From Abditibacteriaceae bacterium (lineage in GTDB: Bacteria > Armatimonadota > Abditibacteriia > Abditibacteriales > Abditibacteriaceae): a stretch of 39,651 bases of DNA. The stretch is taken from assembly GCA_031425655.1 (NCBI GenBank), contig JANPJS010000278.1:1-39651 (forward strand), in the 5' to 3' direction. The position numbers and the translations under genes were made by a program. Under the pieces are notes generated by a model. It saw only the letters and a list, made by a program, of their open reading frames with translations, was not told where the DNA came from and ran no database searches. Every line of letters begins with the position of its first letter. Positions within the stretch are counted from its first letter, which is position 1. Shown piece by piece: positions 1-8,616 of this stretch.

Positions 1-87
1 CCCCGGAGGGGGAGGAGCCGCGTTTTCTCAAGGATTTTCGCCCCGGAGAGCGCACTCCTCCCCCTCCGGGGGAGGTTGGGTGGGGGC
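1..87. repeat. REP-like GC-rich hairpin element, truncated by the window start
   Basis: ccccggagggggaggag pairs with ctcctccccctccgggg and is followed by aggttgggtggggg; same architecture as the core of the element at 19891-20005. Confidence 0.65.
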
Positions 88-407
88 AAAGTGCGGCTCC
101 AATATCCATCTTCAATAGGTAGCAACTTGGGTTACTACGACAAACGACAGGGATGAGACATTAGAAACTGGCTATTCATAGCATAGCCAGTTTTGACAGC
201 CTGGAATCGGTTGTGAAGTTTTCCGACGCCGCTTTTTGGACTTGCACTTCTGCAAGGAATCGCTCAAACGCGGCTCAAATATCCTGATTATCGGCGCCGT
301 GGAAGAATTGGGCATCGAAAAAGTCGCAAAAATCGCTCTCGAAACCGCGTGAAAAGGCGCCATTGCGGCTTCGTGCCCGGCACTGGCTGGCCCGACGCAA
401 AATAAGA

Positions 408-439
408 GCGCCCCGCGAAGGTTTTCGGGGCACTTTTTT
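408..439 (+). terminator. Intrinsic terminator-like hairpin
   Basis: gccccgcgaa/ttcggggc imperfect stem followed by a T-run; related in sequence to the hairpin at 1581-1615. Confidence 0.5.
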
Positions 440-441
440 AA

Positions 442-648
442 TAATTCATGTTACGCAGTGGGGGTGTGTTAGGCGGGTCAACCCCTGAGGCATTGAGTCA
501 TTCTGAGCTTGCGAAGAATCTCTGCGTAAGAGGCTCCACACTCAGCATGAGCAAAAGCACCGCAGAGGCCGAGATTCTTCGCAAGCTCAGAATGACAGCG
601 CTTCTTGAATTTGCCTGCCTAACATATCCCACTGCGTAAGGTGAGTTA
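442..648. mobile_element. MITE-like element with internal REP palindrome
   Basis: Imperfect terminal inverted repeats ttacgcagtggg..gttaggc (451-474) and gcctaaca..cccactgcgtaa (617-639); perfect inner inverted repeat gtcattctgagcttgcgaagaatctc (497-522) / gagattcttcgcaagctcagaatgac (571-596); no transposase. Confidence 0.7.
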
Positions 649-700
649 ATAATGCGAAATGAGGCGCGTGATAGAATAAGTTCAAGGAGAACATATTGCG

Positions 701-1051
701 ATGATACAAGAAATTACAGCGCCGCAAAGCGTGTCTGCGCCGGTTTCGCGCGAGTTTGAATGCGTTGAGCCGGACAAGGTGGGCGTTTTTTTGGAGCGCC
801 ATTCCTTTATTGGGCCGTTGCTGGCTGAGATTCCGCCTCAACTACGCCCCTATTTTCCCTTGTCTCTACTGCGCCTGCGCGTGATTGACGATCCTGAAGG
901 CGTTGGCCCGGCGGAGCTGGTGCTGGATGTCGTCACGCATCTGGACGCTGAATCGGCACGAGCGGCGTTGGACGCCTTCGACAATAACTGGTGGCTCGAC
1001 CACTACGACCGCGCGCAAGGCTTGCTCATCATTACGCTGGCGTTCGGCTGA
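701..1051 (+). CDS. Uncharacterised acidic 116-aa protein, probable partner or antitoxin of the adjacent HEPN protein
   Basis: RBS aaggag upstream; motifs PLLxE..YFP, DPE and FDxxWWLD; ends 18 bp before the HEPN gene. Confidence 0.75.
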   Translation: MIQEITAPQSVSAPVSREFECVEPDKVGVFLERHSFIGPLLAEIPPQLRPYFPLSLLRLRVIDDPEGVGPAELVLDVVTHLDAESARAALDAFDNNWWLDHYDRAQGLLIITLAFG

Positions 1052-1069
1052 GCGCACCGGCAAATATCC

Positions 1070-1489
1070 ATGAGTTTTGACCCTGAACACTTCATGATGC
1101 TGGCCATCGAACTCGACGCAGAAGCCCGCCCCATGAAGGGTCTCAATGAGGCCGGTCTGCGCGAAGCAAAGTTTCGCAGCGCCATCAGCCGCGCTTATTA
1201 CGCGGCTTTTTGGCATGGCCGCCACTATTTCGTCCGCGCCATGCCGTCTCAGACCTTGCCCGGCTTCAGCGCACACTATGAGTTACGAAGAATGTTCGAC
1301 AGCTATCGCGGCAAAACTATGAAGCGCATCGCCAAGAATCTGGGCGAACTTTTCGCCGCGCGCCGCCAAGCCGATTATGAGATGAACGTGGCGAATTTGG
1401 AAAACAAATCAGCCGATGTGCTAATGCTGGCTAATCGTCTGCTCAACGACATCAGCAATTTGCCCGATGATCCCACAGAGGCGCCCTGA
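1070..1489 (+). CDS. HEPN-superfamily protein (UPF0332-like)
   Basis: RSAISRAYYAAF, a central H and RRQADY are typical of this HEPN subfamily. Confidence 0.85.
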   Translation: MSFDPEHFMMLAIELDAEARPMKGLNEAGLREAKFRSAISRAYYAAFWHGRHYFVRAMPSQTLPGFSAHYELRRMFDSYRGKTMKRIAKNLGELFAARRQADYEMNVANLENKSADVLMLANRLLNDISNLPDDPTEAP

Positions 1490-1580
1490 TGATCCACAAA
1501 CCGGCCACGGTCGCTTCGCCGAAAACGAAGGCAAAGGCGCGCCGGGACATTCCGGCAAAATTGCATGAAAAACACAAAAT

Positions 1581-1615
1581 AAAATCGCCCCGCGAAGATT
1601 TCGCGGGGCGATTTT
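1581..1615. terminator. Bidirectional intrinsic terminator
   Basis: aaaatcgccccgcgaa / ttcgcggggcgatttt perfect stem between convergent genes. Confidence 0.8.
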
Positions 1616-1635
1616 GTCCATCTGCCCATCAACCT

Positions 1636-2256
1636 CTACTTACTTCGTTCACCATATCTTAGAGGTCTTAACGTCTTCCCTGTGCTGGAAACAGAAATCA
1701 AATATAGATTATCAAACTGCTCCTTTAGGATAGGGGGAACAGATGAATCAGGTAATCCACTGAGTCTCGATACGATAGTTGGCACGGTTTCTGAATGTCC
1801 AACAATGACTATTATTCGACCAGGCTTACTCTGCTTTATATCGTCGTCTATTAAGCCTTTTACCAGCAGAACTGTTGAATTGACTGATTTGTCTTTCGAA
1901 ATCTCTTGGATCAATGGCTTAGACGACTTAAAACGAGTTATCACTGGTTCGACTGTTTCCTTGGTGCGTTTAAAATCAGTAAAAAAAATGTCTGAGACGC
2001 TTTTGCCACTGAGACTCGATAGGAATTGCACAAAATCTACTAATAACTTCGCCCGTTCATGCCCAGCTTTAGTTAAAGGTAGGGCTTGATCAGCAGCTAC
2101 CGACAGTGTTTGATTCGTCGGAGGCTTAGTCTTTTCTGCATGGCGCACCACAACAATAAAAGTTTTCGAGTTCGGTGAGGCAGCAACATGGAATTGACTT
2201 GTAATCAAAGCCAAAAGCGATAGAACGAGACACTTTGCTAAGAAATGACGAGCCAT
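1636..2256 (-). CDS. Secreted histidine phosphatase superfamily protein (SixA/PGM-like)
   Basis: VVVRHAEK, RTKET and IVGHS motifs; N-terminal signal peptide; ATG at 2256 follows GAGG. Confidence 0.85.
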   Translation of the reverse strand: MARHFLAKCLVLSLLALITSQFHVAASPNSKTFIVVVRHAEKTKPPTNQTLSVAADQALPLTKAGHERAKLLVDFVQFLSSLSGKSVSDIFFTDFKRTKETVEPVITRFKSSKPLIQEISKDKSVNSTVLLVKGLIDDDIKQSKPGRIIVIVGHSETVPTIVSRLSGLPDSSVPPILKEQFDNLYLISVSSTGKTLRPLRYGERSK

Positions 2257-2295
2257 TATGCACACCTCACCGAGTCAAAGAGTTTGCAGTCAAAG

Positions 2296-3186
2296 TCAAC
2301 GGCTTACTGTGACTTTTCGCTTCGAATCGTCAACTTCCAATTTTAATACAGAAAAGGCGGCAAGTTGGCGAACAGGTGCATGTCCAACGTTGGCGATGAG
2401 TTTGATGGCCACAGGCACATCACGCACTACGCCATCCTTTTGTTTAAATTGAATGCTCTGTTTTTCAGGCACCCAATCCACCTCAAAGCCTAAAGACGTG
2501 CCCCAAGCCCGCACTGGTGCCAAAGCTACACCATCTATAACGGGCATATGAAAACGCGGCTTATCTTCATCATTGAAGAACAATGCATAAGTTGGTTGTT
2601 CAATGCCAACTTTGCCCTCCATAATTGGGCTTCTGACCGACTGCTGACTATCCCCATTGGATAGCTTAAACATCTTCTTGGGAACTTCACGCAATTCATC
2701 AGACGGGCACCAAAATTCATTTTCAATGCTCTTATGTGAAACGAGTCCGTTTTTCCCATCGAAAAAGTCTTCGCACTGAGACCGCAGAATTGACTTCATG
2801 GGAACTCCAGCATAAACAGAATGGATATGAGGAGAAAAAACTGGACCGGCGCGAAAAAATGCCACAAATCCAGCACGACACAACTCCTCAATCCATGTAG
2901 CGATTTGGGTGTGTGTCAAGTTTTTGACAGACAAGTCGGCAGCGGCGCTGTAGAACTCATCATTGAGTTCGAAAAGTTTCACGTTCGGCACTGGCGGCTT
3001 TCCTGCCTTTGGCTCCTTTATCCACGGCTCATATAAATGAGTCCCGGCACTTTTTACGTAGGTGCCATATGCTTGCACAACGCGGTTTTTGTCTGCGTTT
3101 TTGATTGGGATACCTGCTGCATCACTGGCTGCTTGGTAGGCTTCCCAAGCAAACTGCGTCATTCCTTTGGGTCGTTTCAAAGCCAT
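2296..3186 (-). CDS. Putative M15/LAS-type zinc cell-wall peptidase with a C-terminal copper-amine-oxidase-N (stalk)-like domain
   Basis: SAGTH...AAD...GFVAFFR...PHIH...GKNGL pattern; C-terminal APVRAWGTSLGFEVDW motif; RBS aaggag. Confidence 0.6.
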   Translation of the reverse strand: MALKRPKGMTQFAWEAYQAASDAAGIPIKNADKNRVVQAYGTYVKSAGTHLYEPWIKEPKAGKPPVPNVKLFELNDEFYSAAADLSVKNLTHTQIATWIEELCRAGFVAFFRAGPVFSPHIHSVYAGVPMKSILRSQCEDFFDGKNGLVSHKSIENEFWCPSDELREVPKKMFKLSNGDSQQSVRSPIMEGKVGIEQPTYALFFNDEDKPRFHMPVIDGVALAPVRAWGTSLGFEVDWVPEKQSIQFKQKDGVVRDVPVAIKLIANVGHAPVRQLAAFSVLKLEVDDSKRKVTVSR

Positions 3187-3351
3187 GATCCTGCTCCTTT
3201 GGTAAAACAGAAAATGAAAACGGCGGGTTCGACGGCCCTAATATAACAAGATGCAACTGTGTATGCAACTATTAATTTCCATGATGAACCTGTAGGATGG
3301 AGCCATTTTAAGATATGTTTTTTAACAGTGTCAATTCTACAGTTTTACAAC

Positions 3352-3918
3352 TTATGGCACGCGCCGCAAAATTTCGTCCAACGGCTTGCGCGTGCGAGCG
3401 GCGGGCACGGCTGCCGGATAGCCGAAAAACAGGAGGCCCGCGATTTCTTCCTGTGCGGCGTTGATTTTCAGCAGTTCGTAAGTCGCGGGCGAAATCAGGG
3501 CGCTGCTGGTGCTCCACTGCATTCCCAAGCCTTGCGCCCACGCCGCGAGTTGAATGTTTTGAATGGCGCAGCAGGTGGCCGCGTAATCTTCTTTGCGCGT
3601 TTCCGCGTCGTCGCTGAGGCGAAAACTCACTGATACCAACAGCGGCTTCGATAGGATTTTCGCAACGGCTTTAGCCCGAATTTGCTCCTGAGCGGCGCCG
3701 CTCGGTTGCGTTTTTTGCACTTGCACTTCGGCGTAATTCTCGGCCAGCGCGCGATGCGATTTTTCGCCCAAAATAACGAAGCGCCACGGCTGTGTCACGC
3801 GATGGTTTTGCGCGCAGGTGCCGGCTTCCAAAGCACGTTCCAAAACTTCATCCGGCACGTTATCCGGCTTGAAATTTTTGATGCTGCGGCGATTAAAAAT
3901 GGCTTCAAACAGTTCCAC
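3352..3918 (-). CDS. Nitroreductase family protein
   Basis: RRSIKNF, QPWRF and AIQNIQLAAWAQGLG motifs. Confidence 0.9.
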   Translation of the reverse strand: MELFEAIFNRRSIKNFKPDNVPDEVLERALEAGTCAQNHRVTQPWRFVILGEKSHRALAENYAEVQVQKTQPSGAAQEQIRAKAVAKILSKPLLVSVSFRLSDDAETRKEDYAATCCAIQNIQLAAWAQGLGMQWSTSSALISPATYELLKINAAQEEIAGLLFFGYPAAVPAARTRKPLDEILRRVP

Positions 3919-3987
3919 GAATCCTCCGAAATTTACAGAGCCTAACGCTCGGCGAAAGCTGATGTCAGGTTGCCTTGCGACGATAGT

Positions 3988-5700
3988 TTAAGACGCCTTG
4001 TCTTTAGTCTTTTCGACATCGCGCGAAATTGTAGGTAGTCCTGTAAAAATATGTTCGTGCGGCAGGTCAAGCAACAGTAGTGTTTCCTCAAGCAGCATCA
4101 AAGCGCCGGCAACTTCGGGCACCACAACCGCCGTGGCTCCGGCCCTGCGCAGCTTGACATCGTTTTCCGCGAGTTGTGCCCGCGCCACAATCAGCACGTC
4201 GGGATTAGCGCGGCGTGCTCGATATACAACCGCGCGTGTCGCTCCAAAATCGGGTAGCGCGACCACGATAACACGAGCCTTTTGGGGATGAGCCGCCGCT
4301 AATACATTTTCATACGAGGCGTCGCCATAGATTGTCGCCAAGCCGCTTAATGCTATCTCCCGCACCAGATTCAGGTCTTGCTCGACGACCACAACCGACA
4401 AGCCCGCTTGTCGCAAGCCCCGTGTCATGCGCTGACCAACTCGCCCGTAGCCGACAACTATTGCATGGTTTTCTAACGTGGCGTCGCTGGCTTGAATGTC
4501 TGTTTGAGGAGCCAGCCAGCGGCCCACAACGGGAATACGGGTCATGGTCTTGCTCACGCGGGGCGCGATGTGAAAAGCCGCCGGAGTGAGAATAATCGTC
4601 ACCAGCGACGATGACAGAATCAGGTTATACAATTCGACGGGGACGGCGCCCGATGTGCGCCCGACAAGCGCCAGCACATAATTGAATTCGCCTATCGAAA
4701 TCATGCCCAGCGCGGCAAAGGCTGTTGTTTTGCCGCCCAGCTTAAAAGGCAGCAGCGCCACCGCTGTGAGCAAGGCTTTAGCAAACAGAATGAAAAACGC
4801 CAGCCCGATGACGCTCGGAAGGTTGCGCGCGATGAAACCGACATCAATTAACATTCCGACGGAAACGAAAAAGAGTGTGGCAAAGAGGTCGCGCATGGGA
4901 ATCAACTCTGCGATAACGCGATGGTCGAATTCCGTTTCGGTCAGCATCAAGCCGCCCATGAAGGCGCCCAACGCCGGAGATAAGCCCAGCCACGCGCTGG
5001 CTGAAGCCGTGCCCAAAGCCAGAACAACAGCCGTGAGCAAAAACAATTCAGGCGAATGCAACTGCTCGACGCGCGCCATAAGTTGAGGCACAACCCGCGC
5101 CCCTAAAAACAGCGTAACACCAATAAAAAGCAACGCCTTCAAGACAACCCAAAGAAGTTCTAAGGCTGCGCTGTCGGCATCGCCGGCTAATTTAGGCAGC
5201 AGAAGAATCAGAACCACAACCGCCAAATCCTGCACAATGAGCATACCCAGCAGCAGGCGGCCATGATTGGATGCGGCCTCGCCGGGATTCATCAAGTTTT
5301 TGAGGATAACCATCGTGCTGCTGACGCTGATAATCCCGCCAAAAAAGATGCTCTGTATCAGCGGCCAGCCCAAGAACAAGCCAAGTGCGGTGCCGGCCAA
5401 TATGATTAAAACCAGTTGGACGAGTGTGCCGATAATCGCTGGGCCTTTGATGCGCGCCAATTCCTTGAGCGAAAACTCGATGCCCAAAGCAAACATCAGG
5501 AAAATAACCCCGACTTCGGCCAGAACCGCGATTTGTGCGCGGTCGCCTACAAAACCGGGAGTAAAAGGGCCAATCAGCATACCGGCCACCAGGTAGCCGA
5601 CAATAGGTGACTGCCGCAGCCAGTGAGCCACGAGACCACCCGCCAAAGCGACTGCGATGGCGATGGTCAGGTTAAAAATGAGTTGAAGTTCGTGGCTCAT
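3988..5700 (-). CDS. CPA2 cation:proton antiporter with C-terminal TrkA-N (RCK) domain (Kef/YbaL-like)
   Basis: Many TM helices; GVIFLMFALGIEFS, LIVQD, IGEF; cytoplasmic VVGYGRVG and IYGDAS. Confidence 0.92.
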   Translation of the reverse strand: MSHELQLIFNLTIAIAVALAGGLVAHWLRQSPIVGYLVAGMLIGPFTPGFVGDRAQIAVLAEVGVIFLMFALGIEFSLKELARIKGPAIIGTLVQLVLIILAGTALGLFLGWPLIQSIFFGGIISVSSTMVILKNLMNPGEAASNHGRLLLGMLIVQDLAVVVLILLLPKLAGDADSAALELLWVVLKALLFIGVTLFLGARVVPQLMARVEQLHSPELFLLTAVVLALGTASASAWLGLSPALGAFMGGLMLTETEFDHRVIAELIPMRDLFATLFFVSVGMLIDVGFIARNLPSVIGLAFFILFAKALLTAVALLPFKLGGKTTAFAALGMISIGEFNYVLALVGRTSGAVPVELYNLILSSSLVTIILTPAAFHIAPRVSKTMTRIPVVGRWLAPQTDIQASDATLENHAIVVGYGRVGQRMTRGLRQAGLSVVVVEQDLNLVREIALSGLATIYGDASYENVLAAAHPQKARVIVVALPDFGATRAVVYRARRANPDVLIVARAQLAENDVKLRRAGATAVVVPEVAGALMLLEETLLLLDLPHEHIFTGLPTISRDVEKTKDKAS

Positions 5701-5988
5701 AACAAGAAAGTCAGAGCTAAAGCAAGGCCATGTTCCAACGCTCCCATCTCTTCATTTCTTTGCCATGTAAGTCTAAGCTGTGCATCTGCCTGACAAATAA
5801 ATAGGCGCACCGTATATCGGCGCGCCGTTGGGAAATACCGTGTTTAAAACAAGAAATAGCGCTGCGTCATCGGCAGTTCGCGCGCCGGTTCGCAGGTTAA
5901 TAACTCGCAGCGCCGTGACTTTTGCGCTGCGTATTTCGTTGGTCTCAATAGTGCTATCTAAGCGCGTGAAGATTTTAAGGAGGCAGTC

Positions 5989-6501
5989 ATGCGCAAAGGC
6001 AAAAGTTTGATGGGATTATCGGTTGTGGGACAACAGGACGGCAAGAAATTGGGGACGGTCAAGGATTTGTTGTTCGATCATGAAAGCGATCAATTGCTGG
6101 CCTTTGTGCTGGCGGAACAAGACCTGTTTGGCCTGATGTCCGCCGTTATTGTGCCGTGGCGCGAAGTGAGAAACATCGCCGGTGATGTGGTGATGGTAGC
6201 CAACGAGAACTCGCCCCTCAAATTGAAAGACGACCCCCAAATGCGCGAAATGGCGAACCGCGAAACGGTTTTATCGGGCACCGAGGTGCTGTCGCAGGAG
6301 GGAAAACAGATCGGAACGCTGGCCGATATGTTTATTGATGAAACAAGCGGTCGCGTGGTCGGCTACGAGGTTTCCGGCGGCTTTATCGCCGACACGCTGC
6401 GCGGCAAGAAATTTCTGCCCGCTCCGCCCGGCCTTTCCATCGGCCAAGATGCCGCGATTGCCAGCCCGCAGGCCGAAGCGCAAATCAAAGGCGAGGCGTA
6501 A
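5989..6501 (+). CDS. Tandem PRC-barrel domain protein
   Basis: Two GxxV...GxxxGxxxDxxxD repeats; RBS aggagg. Confidence 0.85.
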   Translation: MRKGKSLMGLSVVGQQDGKKLGTVKDLLFDHESDQLLAFVLAEQDLFGLMSAVIVPWREVRNIAGDVVMVANENSPLKLKDDPQMREMANRETVLSGTEVLSQEGKQIGTLADMFIDETSGRVVGYEVSGGFIADTLRGKKFLPAPPGLSIGQDAAIASPQAEAQIKGEA

Positions 6502-6525
6502 TTTAAGTAGTCAGACAGAAATAGA

Positions 6526-6692
6526 TTAAACCGCAGAGACGCCGAGAGCGCAGAGGCAAAAAGAGCTTCGGGCCAACAGCAGGCGCACAATCATGGCCCA
6601 GACTGGCCACCTCCCGGCACCGCGCCCAGCCCCTCTCCAACCTCTCTCCAACCTCTCTCATGCTCGGCGCCCTCGGCGTCTCTGCGGTTTAA
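6526..6692. repeat. Inverted repeat built from 9-bp units
   Basis: ttaaaccgcagagacgccgagagcgc pairs with gcgccctcggcgtctctgcggtttaa; same family as 34282-34356. Confidence 0.8.
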
Positions 6693-6792
6693 CTTAATTT
6701 TGTTCAGCCACTTAGGGCGTTCGAAGTTCCAATTACAGCGAAAAAGCCGCGTGTCCCTTGCCCAAATCGCTTTTTGCGAGGAATCGGCCCGT

Positions 6793-8568
6793 TTAGCGCC
6801 AAAAATAGTGGTAGGTATACGGAATTTCCATGCTCTTTTTGGCCGGAACGGTGACTGTCCACTTGACCGAACTCAATCCATTGACGGCGCGCCAGTCGCC
6901 GGAATTGTAGCTCCACCACGAAGGCAGATTCGTATCCGCCGCTTCACCATCGTCATCGCCTAAGCCCAGCTTGCGAATAACGCCCGCTTGGTCGGCGGTA
7001 TCCACGGTGCCGATGAATTGCTGCGTCAACTCCAACGTAATCGGCTCGTTGCGATAAGACGTAATCACAAGCCGGCCCCCAATATCAACGCGGCTGAAGC
7101 TATTATTGCGCCACGTCAACGCGTTCGGAGTGCGCTTGACTTCGGTTTCAAGGCGCTTGGCCGTGACATCCACAGCCGGCGCCAAATCCAAGTCGCTTCG
7201 CCCGCCGCTGGCCGTGTAAGTCATCAGCGTTTGCGCTAAAAGCCGACCATTACTTTCAATCAGGGCCGGAGCCGTTGTCAAAGGTTGAGCGCCGGTATTG
7301 AGCAAGCGGATTTGGTGCATCACTCTGGGCGCGACCAGCGATTTGCTGATAGCGTTTTGCTGCTCATGATCGAGGCTGCGATAAACCTCGACGGGCGGTT
7401 TGGCCGGGGCTTCGAGCGTATAAATATCTTTGTATTGCAGGTCGTATTGCGCGAGAGGAAACGCCATGCGCTCGCCTTTGCGAAGCGAAAGATTTTTGGC
7501 GGTGAAGACAAAAAAGTCTTCGTTTTTGCCGGCGTCCGCGACACCGGCGGCGTTGCCCGGCTGCTCGGCGGCATCATCATTTATGCGCCGGTATGAATTC
7601 GAGGCTATTTGTGATTGGATGCCATTGGAAAAAGCGCCGGCGCTGCGCGAAGCGGGGTCGAAAAGCGGCGACAAGCGCGCGAAAGTGTTTTGCAGCGATA
7701 GCGGGTCAATGGTGTCTTTAAGCGCAAAACTGGGCACGCCGATCACGAAATTGGCGGTCGCGTCTTGCAAATCCACCAGTTCGTTCACCAATGTCGCCTG
7801 CATTTTGACTGCGGCTTTGCCTTTGCCGTCCAGCGACAAGCGATAACTGGGAATCCAGCGCAAGCCTTTTTGCAAATACACCATCCCGACCTCTACACGC
7901 TCGCCGACAGGCCGCTTGGCGCCGTCGAGTTGCAAGCGCATCAGGTTGCGAAATTCAGGCGATGCCGCCGTCTGACGCGGCGCGTTCTTGAAAATCACCT
8001 GGGTAATCGAAGCCAGCGACCGTGCCAGCACGCCTTCTTTGGTTTGCAGCAGAATCACTTCCGGCTGCGCGGGCAGCGCGATAATGGAGCGCCCATAACG
8101 ATCCGGCTGCGGTTCGACAATTAGTGCCTCAGAAGGCGGCGGTTGCGGAACATCCAAGATTTTTGCGTCGAAACGGCGCTCCGGCGTTTCGATAATTATG
8201 ACTTCGGCGCCGATATTGGCTTTCAGCATCTCATAAACCGAAAGTGCCGTGCGCTGCGCCGTCACCGGCTCGCGGCTGGCGACTACGCCGCGCAGCTTTC
8301 CGTTGACCTGATAAGGCCAAAAAGTGCCGACGACGGGCGTCGGCAGATTATCGAGAACCAATTCGCCGGCGGCATCAACGGGCAAGCTGCCTTCGTGCAA
8401 CACAAAAGCATGGCCGTCCTTGAAAACCGTCACTTCTCGCACCGGCAGCTTCGATAGCGTGCCCGAAACCGGCGGCGTCGGGTTTTGAGCCAACGCCGGA
8501 CGCAAGGCGAGCAGTGCGATGGTGCAAACGGCAAAACAGGACGAGCGCATGACATTCCTTTTTCGCAA
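6793..8568 (-). CDS. Secreted DUF4139/DUF4140-like protein
   Basis: Signal peptide ending ALA; EVTVFKDGHAFV, YLQKGLRWIPSYRL, ATLVN and a terminal beta-rich YTY segment. Confidence 0.7.
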   Translation of the reverse strand: MRKRNVMRSSCFAVCTIALLALRPALAQNPTPPVSGTLSKLPVREVTVFKDGHAFVLHEGSLPVDAAGELVLDNLPTPVVGTFWPYQVNGKLRGVVASREPVTAQRTALSVYEMLKANIGAEVIIIETPERRFDAKILDVPQPPPSEALIVEPQPDRYGRSIIALPAQPEVILLQTKEGVLARSLASITQVIFKNAPRQTAASPEFRNLMRLQLDGAKRPVGERVEVGMVYLQKGLRWIPSYRLSLDGKGKAAVKMQATLVNELVDLQDATANFVIGVPSFALKDTIDPLSLQNTFARLSPLFDPASRSAGAFSNGIQSQIASNSYRRINDDAAEQPGNAAGVADAGKNEDFFVFTAKNLSLRKGERMAFPLAQYDLQYKDIYTLEAPAKPPVEVYRSLDHEQQNAISKSLVAPRVMHQIRLLNTGAQPLTTAPALIESNGRLLAQTLMTYTASGGRSDLDLAPAVDVTAKRLETEVKRTPNALTWRNNSFSRVDIGGRLVITSYRNEPITLELTQQFIGTVDTADQAGVIRKLGLGDDDGEAADTNLPSWWSYNSGDWRAVNGLSSVKWTVTVPAKKSMEIPYTYHYFWR

Positions 8569-8616
8569 ACGTATTGGCAGTTTATGACGCCGGGCCGGCG
8601 AAAAATGTGGCGGAAC

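Noticed and set aside
165..351. Plus-strand coding-looking remnant ending IIGAVEELGIEKVAKIALETA*
   Set aside because: It has no start codon, needs a frameshift, and matches no family I recognise
448..639. 63-aa ORF inside the MITE
   Set aside because: It is a translation of palindromic repeat sequence with no transposase motifs
3255..3304. Minus-strand APSYRFIMEINSCIH resembling a DUF559 nuclease motif
   Set aside because: Only ~15 residues with key positions altered; too weak to call a pseudogene
5700..5988. Possible c-di-AMP riboswitch upstream of the CPA2 antiporter
   Set aside because: I could not find the conserved ydaO-type motifs
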